This document shows, piece by piece, positions 47,601 through 54,220 of a DNA stretch of 64,000 nt. The DNA is from a virus. The DNA lies in the IMG/VR virus record IMGVR_UViG_3300031999_001882, positions 80,308-144,307 of that record, one strand, 5' to 3'. Made by a program: the position numbers and the translations under genes. The notes under the pieces were generated by a model. It worked only from the letters and a program-made list of their open reading frames with translations. It had not been told where the DNA came from and did no database searches. Numbering within the stretch: the stretch's first letter is position 1; the number at the start of each line of letters is the position of its first letter.

Positions 47601-48944
47601 CTCCGGCGGCTTCGCCGCACGGGGAGGCTCCGCCTCCGCATCGCCGCTCTCAGGTTGATTCGCCTTATCTGGCGAATCGTTTTTGATCTTGGTATGTTCT
47701 GATACCGCTTTTTCGTTGGTATGTTCTGATACCAGCTTGGGGGGATGATCCTCTATGCGGCGCGGCTCGCCGGGTTCTTGCGCGGTCCGGGTGACCGGGG
47801 AGTAATCGGTGACCATCTGGATGACCTCAGTCGCATTGGCCTGAACGTAATCGTCGAAAGCTCTGGTGATAAACCCATGATCGCAGGCCAGAGCGCTCCA
47901 CAGCCGCAGGTCGTCCGGGGCCAGCTCCATGCCTTCTTCCAGCCACGAAATGACCTCTGGCAACAGTTCTTGGCCGAACCATGATGCCTGCCTCTTGGCT
48001 CGCTTATCGTCCATTGGTGTGATGCCTTGGTCGATCACTTCCTTGACCTGAGACACATCCTCCGGGGCCAGTTGCGGGGCTTCGTCGGCATCACCCATGA
48101 TCTTCTCCAAGGTTTTCCACAGCCAGATATAGCCGAACTTTTGCAGGTACTTAAACCGGATGTTCTCTTTAGAGTCCGGCTGATACCCTTCATCCCGTTG
48201 GTCCGAGATATCTTGGGCCGTTTGCATCACATCCACCAGCTCTTGCTCAAGCTCCTCGGTCCGCTCCTTGAGCCTTTGCTGAAACTTCAACCGGGCCTGT
48301 CCGTCCATGTTGGACATGGCTTCTTTCAGCGCTTCGATATTCTTCACATCGCGCTTGGCTTTGCCGATGGTCATGTCCAGATCAGACGCGATGGATTCTG
48401 AGTCGTCGATGATCTTCTGGTAAATCTCCTGCGGGTCCATGTCCAAATCCACGGTCCTTGGTTCCTTGATCCATGCGTCCGATGACAAATTGTAGTCGCC
48501 GTCGGTGATATGCGGCTTCATATGGGGAGTTTCAAATGAGAACTCCAAGGGATGCTGAGTGCCCGGCACGATGAACTTCTCGGCTCTCATCGCGTCCTTG
48601 TACGAGTCCAGCACATCGTCCAAGGCACTCTGATCCAAGCCCGGATACTCGGCTTGGAGAGTCGGCCAGTCCACGATGATGTGAACATCCAAATCAGATC
48701 GAGAATTGTATTGGTATGAGGTGAGTGACCCGATGATATGAAACTGATTAACCCACGGCTCGCCATCCAAGAAAGCCTTGGCCTGTGAGAAGATGAACTC
48801 TTTGATCTCTGGGCGCAGAGTGCCGTCATCCTGCCATACGTCCGGGTCCAGACCGGGGCGGGCATAGTCCAGCACATTCGCCACCCGGACAGATTTAGAC
48901 TTCGGGGTGAATTTAGTCCTTCGCCTTAAATTAGTCGTCGTCAT
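44634..48944 (-). CDS. 1436-aa multidomain protein: N-terminal Pol-beta-type nucleotidyltransferase, later ART-like and DnaJ-type Zn-finger segments
   Basis: IIGSLTSYQYNSRSDLDVHII (hGS...DxD); AYR...WVT....ARRYG; CQGHCEGTG...CPDCGGSG. Confidence 0.75.
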   Translation of the reverse strand: MTTTNLRRRTKFTPKSKSVRVANVLDYARPGLDPDVWQDDGTLRPEIKEFIFSQAKAFLDGEPWVNQFHIIGSLTSYQYNSRSDLDVHIIVDWPTLQAEYPGLDQSALDDVLDSYKDAMRAEKFIVPGTQHPLEFSFETPHMKPHITDGDYNLSSDAWIKEPRTVDLDMDPQEIYQKIIDDSESIASDLDMTIGKAKRDVKNIEALKEAMSNMDGQARLKFQQRLKERTEELEQELVDVMQTAQDISDQRDEGYQPDSKENIRFKYLQKFGYIWLWKTLEKIMGDADEAPQLAPEDVSQVKEVIDQGITPMDDKRAKRQASWFGQELLPEVISWLEEGMELAPDDLRLWSALACDHGFITRAFDDYVQANATEVIQMVTDYSPVTRTAQEPGEPRRIEDHPPKLVSEHTNEKAVSEHTKIKNDSPDKANQPESGDAEAEPPRAAKPPEAGGASLPEKAKGPSVKTMKVDDPRTPTPAEGEREGAAWRWSEQVEFHTLDVLPDLVSSYLELDFAAFKPNIIVTGMDQDEGLVFAEVFVELVNKATGVKDGEMKLNLSAEIESGIEYEPEGKEFWENLTNVDVSIEDLKVWSSLKKWSIIDDHGFDSVLVRPKENARQWTLPHVSSEIHEGVYAGVEQGSPSDGSAEDEKKSAADCLESSSARQGESDGALRSVRESDLSNAPSRSQQASGNSVAVSSMPSRTPSRDFKNSPSTTTNEKAPHSGASGEGEHEEAVEILRQKGSDKEGTVRQVREPKFRDASHELQQPVHGGLDVPPVQPESAYPDSLAPRIVPQETKLSFKVGNVGKSVDTVDKSAAIIPMQNTKKALSLQPKAPDILPDIPADLMTWADIKAAAGIPGNGAVAGDTGIPGKFPYPWNGKAYRADTGYQHGKESVADVVRHEVEELGNPAASYIGQDQWAKFEGIPAINAMWVTKAKADARRYGEATEVNFGSGAQVIGEDGDGGYLVVQARLPGKKASDRYEALGMALPDPATMCQGHCEGTGFVPVKADDSREVFKKLWAEQEAKEHSEDGWHFVDCPDCGGSGKRGGTVKAAISLQPVYVANRILELVTLEKLKGMEFDAIQHEIYTWLSRNQLKYTKEDVRKIHDQLSKQTGIEEPPPKEPKPDESAPAGGPVMPPTPVDQIKGEAPKPAPAAEPEPESNPAPGEEPVVRTPPSAPTPRPAPKVIGRIIFVKSGAGFVKATEFDEWRSLVQGNPGWRTAKSNSGFEWVAASAKGAPAFVRLLELEASLSGNEKVAEIKRRAEDEQESLLVLAREFLGTDIEPDHAFLDEKQAEVLAQRYAAETGGGTGMSATEIYGRMVSWGWVKPFSLKTNDMHAHTDTDAEKGGPTEAPGQSAPATYRDQFEDAVETGTRDVYPKRGPTEPDIPTNSALDLARDLVRLGQANEDEIAEDLMREFKLTEAQAMDVLDQVLSVS
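46589..47152 (-). CDS. Nested out-of-frame HNH-like endonuclease (two HNH-like repeats)
   Basis: PCALCG....MHHPDHSKPLEIVWLCRPCH..HH and degenerate copy PCAKCG....RHTNYSNPFMVVWMCHLCN..H; likely ATG 47143. Confidence 0.75.
   Translation of the reverse strand: MTIMDSTLCLCGQKRMRGNGRCLMCHRKYMREYMLVWSKGRPLTEAQKMRKKARQIAWNHLRRGKEKVMEPCALCGNPISQMHHPDHSKPLEIVWLCRPCHHAHHQEILRTLPRQPRTKKPLTPAQAEKVSMRKLSRYYVKKGLIKKEPCAKCGSQNSEMRHTNYSNPFMVVWMCHLCNLRAHTPTA
47152..47181 (-). promoter_or_regulatory. Internal promoter for nested HNH gene
   Basis: TTGGAG-18 nt-TATAAT, 8 nt upstream of ATG 47143. Confidence 0.5.
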
Positions 48945-48961
48945 AAATCAACCTTGTTCCT

Positions 48962-49186
48962 TCACTCGGAATGGGTCATTATCTTCTGCGTAAAGTACGG
49001 ATCGAAAAATTCCCAAATCCTCGCGCTCAACGGCAATTTCCTTCTCAACCTGATCTTGATAGAAAACGGTCCTCTGTGATGCCCATTGCTGTTCTCGCTA
49101 TGCCCGTTGCCGTTCCCGTTTGTTTTATGGTGGCCGTTCCCGTTAATTTGTAAACGGTGGTGGCCCCGCCCTATCCATAAGCGCAT
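48962..49186 (-). CDS. Small His/Asn/Gly-rich basic protein
   Basis: NGNGHH repeats. Confidence 0.4.
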   Translation of the reverse strand: MRLWIGRGHHRLQINGNGHHKTNGNGNGHSENSNGHHRGPFSIKIRLRRKLPLSARIWEFFDPYFTQKIMTHSE

Positions 49187-49451
49187 AATGCACCCCTAAA
49201 GGAATTCTGGTTCTCATATAGTCATTCATTCGGTTTACCTGCACCCAGACATCTTCATCACGCTTCCCGACAAATCCGAGGCACGGCCAAAACTCGCCCT
49301 TAACATAATGCCGCATAAACACAGGACAAAAAGGAAATTGAGAAAAAAACCAAGAGTCTCGCGCCGTGATCGTTCCAAAGACCGTCTTATACGGTTCCGG
49401 CGGATCAATCTGTTCTCCATTTGGCAAGAAATGTCGTAGCTCATGCTTCAA
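49143..49451 (-). CDS. Hypothetical protein
   Basis: GAGGGG RBS, TTG start. Confidence 0.5.
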   Translation of the reverse strand: MKHELRHFLPNGEQIDPPEPYKTVFGTITARDSWFFSQFPFCPVFMRHYVKGEFWPCLGFVGKRDEDVWVQVNRMNDYMRTRIPLGVHYALMDRAGPPPFTN

Positions 49452-49461
49452 CGCCGCCCCC

Positions 49462-49569
49462 TCATCCCAGCCCGCGCATAATCGTGCTCATCAGCGCACG
49501 CCGGAAGGCAACGACCGCAAGAGCAATCCCCAGCCCAATGCCTCCGATGACGCACAGAGCAAAGCTCAT
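49462..49569 (-). CDS. 35-aa membrane peptide (not in ORF track)
   Basis: MSFALCVIGGIGLGIALAVVAFRR...; ATGA overlap. Confidence 0.5.
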   Translation of the reverse strand: MSFALCVIGGIGLGIALAVVAFRRALMSTIMRGLG

Positions 49570-49634
49570 TGAACCACCATCGTGAACACCTTGGCTCCTA
49601 TCATCGCTACCCAGATGATTGCCCAGAGCGGCAT
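49566..49634 (-). CDS. 22-aa hydrophobic peptide (not in ORF track)
   Basis: MPLWAIIWVAMIGAKVFTMVVQ; TAATG and ATGA overlaps on both sides. Confidence 0.4.
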   Translation of the reverse strand: MPLWAIIWVAMIGAKVFTMVVQ

Positions 49635-49804
49635 TACCGGATGCCTCGCACGTCGCTTGCCAAGCTTTCCAGCTCGACCGCGATCCCTTCCGTGTCGCCC
49701 GGTTCCATCGCCCCGCCTTCCAACTGGTCAGCGATCATCCTCAACTGCTGAGCCATCTGCTTGAGAAAAGGCGCGTTCGGTGCGGCTGTTTTGGTCCAAG
49801 ACAT
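49634..49804 (-). CDS. Small protein with MSWTKTA leader (start revised)
   Basis: TAAGGAG RBS before ATG 49804. Confidence 0.65.
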   Translation of the reverse strand: MSWTKTAAPNAPFLKQMAQQLRMIADQLEGGAMEPGDTEGIAVELESLASDVRGIR

Positions 49805-49814
49805 AATGTTCTCC

Positions 49815-50072
49815 TTATTGAGTGTAGCCAATAGCGATCTCGCCTACGGTCACGGCGGCTTCATCGCCCTCGGCATATTTTTTGTTCACAATGATGATCT
49901 TCTTACCGCCGTGCTTAATGTAGAAATGCGGAACCGGATCAAAAGAGAAATCAATGTCCTTCGGCTTAAACAAGGACTCCAATGGCTTTCTCAGGCTCAC
50001 CAAGGTTTTGCCCTCAGCGAGCTTGGCGATCTGATCCAGCACAGGGTCGGCGGCAATCTTTGTCCAGCTCAT
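49815..50072 (-). CDS. Small protein with MSWTKIA leader
   Basis: GGAGG RBS; shared leader. Confidence 0.7.
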   Translation of the reverse strand: MSWTKIAADPVLDQIAKLAEGKTLVSLRKPLESLFKPKDIDFSFDPVPHFYIKHGGKKIIIVNKKYAEGDEAAVTVGEIAIGYTQ

Positions 50073-50073
50073 A

Positions 50074-50334
50074 TCAGCCTCCGATATATTCTGCGCCAGC
50101 CAGCCCGATCACCCATGCCCCGGATGCCGACCCATAGACTCCGCTTGAGAAATCCAAGCCATTTGGGAAATCGTGCGAGCCGGGCGGCAACACTACCGTC
50201 ATCGTGATCCCGTTGGCTCCCGTCGCGCTGTCAAAGAGCTGGACCGTCCCGGCGCTCGACACCTGCACGCTCGTCACCTTCCCTGTCCCTAAAGTCGCCT
50301 GCGCGTTTCCTGTTCTCCAAACTGGTTTCGCCAT
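50074..50334 (-). CDS. Small beta-rich putative virion protein
   Basis: AGGAGG RBS; G.VQLFD...FPNGLDFSSGVY. Confidence 0.6.
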   Translation of the reverse strand: MAKPVWRTGNAQATLGTGKVTSVQVSSAGTVQLFDSATGANGITMTVVLPPGSHDFPNGLDFSSGVYGSASGAWVIGLAGAEYIGG

Positions 50335-50342
50335 ACTGCCTC

Positions 50343-50462
50343 CTATTTCTTAATCAAGAATGCAAAAACAGCCACAATCACCACGAACACCGCATACCAA
50401 ATCCACATCCACAGAAACTCTTTCTTCTCACTCTCAGTCAAGGGGTCGTCGTCGTAGCCCAT
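50343..50462 (-). CDS. 39-aa membrane peptide (not in ORF track)
   Basis: MGYDDDPLTESEKKEFLWMWIWYAVFVVIVAVFAFLIKK. Confidence 0.55.
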   Translation of the reverse strand: MGYDDDPLTESEKKEFLWMWIWYAVFVVIVAVFAFLIKK

Positions 50463-50466
50463 CGCC

Positions 50467-50604
50467 TCAAAGCTTTTTCACCAGCTCACAGTTTTTGAAG
50501 TCTGTGCCCTTCACATCCTGACAGTCCTTGACCAGAACACGATGACTGCACGCCGAAAGAACGGCAGACGCACAGCACAACAACGCCAGAATGAGCTTAC
50601 GCAT
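50467..50604 (-). CDS. 45-aa lipoprotein (not in ORF track)
   Basis: MRKLILALLCCASAVLSA-C lipobox, GAGG RBS, two further Cys. Confidence 0.65.
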   Translation of the reverse strand: MRKLILALLCCASAVLSACSHRVLVKDCQDVKGTDFKNCELVKKL

Positions 50605-50797
50605 GAGTAGTCCTCGCATGATAAAGTTCCGCCTGCCATCGTTTCACGTCCCTGAGCATTGCCTGAAACTTGGCCTTGGGCAATGGACCGGGGTTATCGC
50701 GCATCAAAATGATGTCCGAGAGTGCGATCTCAAACATCGCCAGATGGTTCTTGAGCACCAGATAGAAGGCTTCGGCTTCAAGCTGTGCCAGTCTCAT
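50597..50797 (-). CDS. Small hypothetical protein
   Basis: Coupled ORF. Confidence 0.45.
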   Translation of the reverse strand: MRLAQLEAEAFYLVLKNHLAMFEIALSDIILMRDNPGPLPKAKFQAMLRDVKRWQAELYHARTTHA

Positions 50798-51042
50798 GGC
50801 TTATGTCTGCACTCCTCTTTGTGGCAGGAAGCGAAACACGCTCCGACTGCCGGGTATCCGCACACGACGCACACCGCTTGATACTTCTCAAGCTTTCCTG
50901 CGTCGATGGCCTGCTTCTCTTGCTCGCTGAGTTTGTGCTCTGTCTTATGTTGATGCCTTAGTCCCAGCATCGTCATCTTGATTCTTGAATAAACCTTTGA
51001 ATATCCACCTGCCATCGGCTCTCTCGTCTTGGCCTCGATCAA
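50794..51042 (-). CDS. Small Zn-finger-like protein
   Basis: GGGAGG RBS; CVVCG...C..SC. Confidence 0.5.
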   Translation of the reverse strand: MIEAKTREPMAGGYSKVYSRIKMTMLGLRHQHKTEHKLSEQEKQAIDAGKLEKYQAVCVVCGYPAVGACFASCHKEECRHKP

Positions 51043-51061
51043 GGGTCGGCCTCCCTGCGTT

Positions 51062-51256
51062 TTAGACTTGTGCTAAAAGCGCCTGACTTTCCTTCACATT
51101 TCTCAAAAGAGATTGCAACGTCTCGACATTTATCGGTTGCTCGTTCTTCTTCAACTGGACGAGTTCAATGAGCATATCCTCCAAGCATCCGAACTTGGCC
51201 CGCAAGATCGCGGATGCAAAGGAATGAACCTCGCTGATCTCAGCTTGCTCGTTCAC
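51062..51256 (-). CDS. Small hypothetical protein
   Basis: GTGA overlap. Confidence 0.5.
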   Translation of the reverse strand: MNEQAEISEVHSFASAILRAKFGCLEDMLIELVQLKKNEQPINVETLQSLLRNVKESQALLAQV

Positions 51257-52131
51257 TTCGCCAGAGCCTCGCCTTCACTTGCCAAATCTTCGAGAGCATC
51301 CTGATCTTCTTCCACCAAATTGAATGTCTGGGTGAGAAAGCTCATCATGGAATTGAGCCAGCCTTTGAACTCGTCCCATGCGCCGTCTGCTTCTACCCGG
51401 AGCGATGACTTGAGCGGTTCCGGGCCTTTCTCCGGCTCCATCAGCTCGATCTGCTTGGCCGGAGGGATGGCTTTGAGCGATTCATCTTCAAGTTCTTTGG
51501 GTCGGCGCACCGCAGGGTCCGGGGAATACTTCTGGGTGAAAGACTCCGGCACATCGCGCCCTTGCGTGAAGGCTTCGGTCTTGAGCGCGTCCCAGAGCGC
51601 GACCTTATCTGCCGGGATAAGCTGAGCGGTTTTGTCCAGCCATGTGTTCAGCGCTTCCACGCTCTTTAAGGCCGATTCAGGGTCAGTCTTGTAAGCGGCG
51701 GCAGTCGTATAAGCGATCTTGCCCAGCGTGAACTGCCTCTGGGTGAGCGCCGCTTGGAGCTTTTTCAGCCATTCCAAGGCTTTGGCCGCCGCCTGTGCGA
51801 GCTTGGGCACGCCCATCTCTTTGTTCAGGCGTTCTTCTTCCTGCTTCAAAATACCTTTGATCTGAGCAATGGCATCCATCCATTTCTCAACGCGAGCGTT
51901 CAGGGTTTGCGCCCGCTTCTTCACCATCTCCCAGACCGAGATGGGCTGGTCGCTCTCGCCCTTGGGCTTGGCCGGGGCTTTGGCCGGGACCGGGGTGGTT
52001 TTCTTCTCAACAGGTTCGGCAATGCGATTCATAAAATCCTCCGTCAAGTCTTTACTGCTGGCGATCACTTCAAGCGCGATTTCTTCGATATTCATAGCCA
52101 CCTCAAAACTGATAATCCCAGAACTGCCCAT
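51253..52131 (-). CDS. Coiled-coil hypothetical protein (likely start MNIEE)
   Basis: GAGGTG RBS; helical. Confidence 0.65.
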   Translation of the reverse strand: MGSSGIISFEVAMNIEEIALEVIASSKDLTEDFMNRIAEPVEKKTTPVPAKAPAKPKGESDQPISVWEMVKKRAQTLNARVEKWMDAIAQIKGILKQEEERLNKEMGVPKLAQAAAKALEWLKKLQAALTQRQFTLGKIAYTTAAAYKTDPESALKSVEALNTWLDKTAQLIPADKVALWDALKTEAFTQGRDVPESFTQKYSPDPAVRRPKELEDESLKAIPPAKQIELMEPEKGPEPLKSSLRVEADGAWDEFKGWLNSMMSFLTQTFNLVEEDQDALEDLASEGEALAK

Positions 52132-52645
52132 AAGCCATGTCGATTCTCTGCTTTTGGCCTACCGTGAGCTGGTAGTACGACAGACCATAAACCAGCTCAG
52201 ACATCTTTTTCTTGATGTCCCACTCATTCTTGACGGTGTTCGGAAACGGTTGGTCGGCCTTGAATCCCCGCACCTTGGTCAAGTCCAGATCAACGCCGTG
52301 GCCCATCGGGTCCGACCGGGGATGCTCCGGCGCACGCAAGGGCGGTCGGTTCCGCACCGGGCGGCCCGCTTTCTCCACCAGCCCTTCGTAATTCTGGATA
52401 TGCTCGGTCCCTGTCTCGGAGTTGCCCGTGCCCGGTTCCATGCGGTTGACCGGATCAAGCTTGAAACTGCAATCCGGGCAGGAAAACGCTTTATAAGGAG
52501 AGGACGGCTCGGTGGTAATGACCATCTTGCGCTGGCAATTCGGGCAATCCGGGGTATAGTTCTGCGACGACGGATACGAATATGGATGGACGGCATCGCC
52601 GCTTGGCGAGTTGTCGAGCGGGCCGTTGTCAGCGCTTCGCTTCAT
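52103..52645 (-). CDS. Zn-ribbon protein starting MKRSA
   Basis: CPNC...CPDC; TAATG overlap. Confidence 0.65.
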   Translation of the reverse strand: MKRSADNGPLDNSPSGDAVHPYSYPSSQNYTPDCPNCQRKMVITTEPSSPYKAFSCPDCSFKLDPVNRMEPGTGNSETGTEHIQNYEGLVEKAGRPVRNRPPLRAPEHPRSDPMGHGVDLDLTKVRGFKADQPFPNTVKNEWDIKKKMSELVYGLSYYQLTVGQKQRIDMAYGQFWDYQF

Positions 52646-54204
52646 TATTTCGCGGCTCCGACATGAACGACGTATGCCTTGCGCGAGTCCTTGGTCCAGC
52701 GCATGACCTTGGAGCTTTTGCGAAGCGCCCAGCCAAAGTTCCGGCCTAAGAGGTGCGCGACTACCGCCGGGTCTTGGGTGACATGAGGGCTGTTCTCTTT
52801 GTCATTCGCCAGCCACAGCTCCCATGAGCCGGAGCGATAACGAATGCTGGACTTCTTGGGATATACGCCGGGGGTCTGTTCTTCTTTCACGGTCTGCTTA
52901 TCGTTGTCACCCTCTGGCCCCTTGGGGGTGGTTTCGTAATTGGGCTTCTCATTGTGGTCGGCGATTGTGGACAGGTTGGTGATCTGGGTTTCCATCGTCA
53001 TCGGCATCTTGGATTTGACCTCGGCTTCTTTCTCCTTGGCCTTGTCCAGATCGTTGTACGTCCCGACTTCCTTCCACGTTTTCGTCATAGGATCGAGCGC
53101 GTCCAGCCGATACTTGATGGTGTCCGGGGTCTGATTCTCGGATTCGGGTTCCTGCGGGTTCTTCTTGGTCGCTCCGGGCTTGTCGTCCGGGGTTCCTACC
53201 GCCGCCGAAACAAACTCAAGCCCTCTCTCTTTTGCCAACTTCATCGCTTCTGGCTTGGAAAGCCACTCCGATTGCCTTAAGCCGCCAATCGAAACAGACC
53301 CGACAGCAACGCCGCCTTCTTCGCCTTCATCTTTCCATACGAGCTTGTTGCCGGATTCTGCCGCCGACATCGTGAGGCCGGGCTTCTTGGCCGGGGCCAC
53401 GGCGCTGGGTGACTGCGTGGGAGCCTTCTTTGGGCCTTCCTGCTCATCTTCCTCAAGCTCGTAGCCTTGCAGGTAGTCCATGAGCGGGTTGCGCTCAAGG
53501 TCTGCTCCGCCAGACGTGCCTTCCGGGGAATCCGCCGGGCCTTGGGCTGTGCCTACGCCGGACTCAACGGCTGTCCCGCTCTCATCTTCCAGCCGTATAT
53601 CTCCGGCGGCCAGAGCTTCCTGCGCGATCCATTGCTCGTTGCCATCTTCCCACCGGATCAAGACCTGATCCGGGTCCACATGAACCACGGTTCCTTTGCC
53701 GAGCGAGTCCGACATGATGTTCCGGCCCGCATCCTCGGCCTTGATATTTTCGTAGCCGGGGAGTTCTTCTTCCATGTCGAGGGCATTGCGGGTGAGCGCT
53801 TGGCGGGCAGTTTCAAAGCTTTTGATCGCGGCCATCGGGTCCACAACAGAGCCGAAGATTTGTTTCAGGTAAGCTTGCAGATCGGTGCGGGCATCGCTGG
53901 CGTGGCGCTCAAACTCCTTCATCTGCTGGTAGGTGCTTTCCAGCTCCTCGCCTTCCATCTTGCTCATGGCAACCTTAAATCGCTCCTGATCGGATTCCAG
54001 CGAAGCAATGACCCTCAGAGCCTCGGCGATCTTTCGCTGGTTGCTGTACGCCTCCACCTCGATGTCCTGCACGATCTGACGGAAATCGTCATGGGATCGC
54101 ACATTGTCAAAAGCATTCACCCCGGCGCTCAGGCTGGCGGTGATATGCTTCTCCGCCTTGTCCAACACTAAATTTTCAGAAATTCCTGTCTCAAGTGCAC
54201 CCAT
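52645..54204 (-). CDS. Multidomain hypothetical protein, putative head-associated
   Basis: GGGAGG RBS; coiled coil, SH3-like segment, acidic linkers. Confidence 0.7.
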   Translation of the reverse strand: MGALETGISENLVLDKAEKHITASLSAGVNAFDNVRSHDDFRQIVQDIEVEAYSNQRKIAEALRVIASLESDQERFKVAMSKMEGEELESTYQQMKEFERHASDARTDLQAYLKQIFGSVVDPMAAIKSFETARQALTRNALDMEEELPGYENIKAEDAGRNIMSDSLGKGTVVHVDPDQVLIRWEDGNEQWIAQEALAAGDIRLEDESGTAVESGVGTAQGPADSPEGTSGGADLERNPLMDYLQGYELEEDEQEGPKKAPTQSPSAVAPAKKPGLTMSAAESGNKLVWKDEGEEGGVAVGSVSIGGLRQSEWLSKPEAMKLAKERGLEFVSAAVGTPDDKPGATKKNPQEPESENQTPDTIKYRLDALDPMTKTWKEVGTYNDLDKAKEKEAEVKSKMPMTMETQITNLSTIADHNEKPNYETTPKGPEGDNDKQTVKEEQTPGVYPKKSSIRYRSGSWELWLANDKENSPHVTQDPAVVAHLLGRNFGWALRKSSKVMRWTKDSRKAYVVHVGAAK

Positions 54205-54220
54205 GACAAACCTCCCTTAA

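Noticed and set aside
31420-52945. Identical peptide NYETTPKG in 31405..32154 and 52645..54204
   Set aside because: Only 8 aa with unrelated flanks; treated as coincidence.
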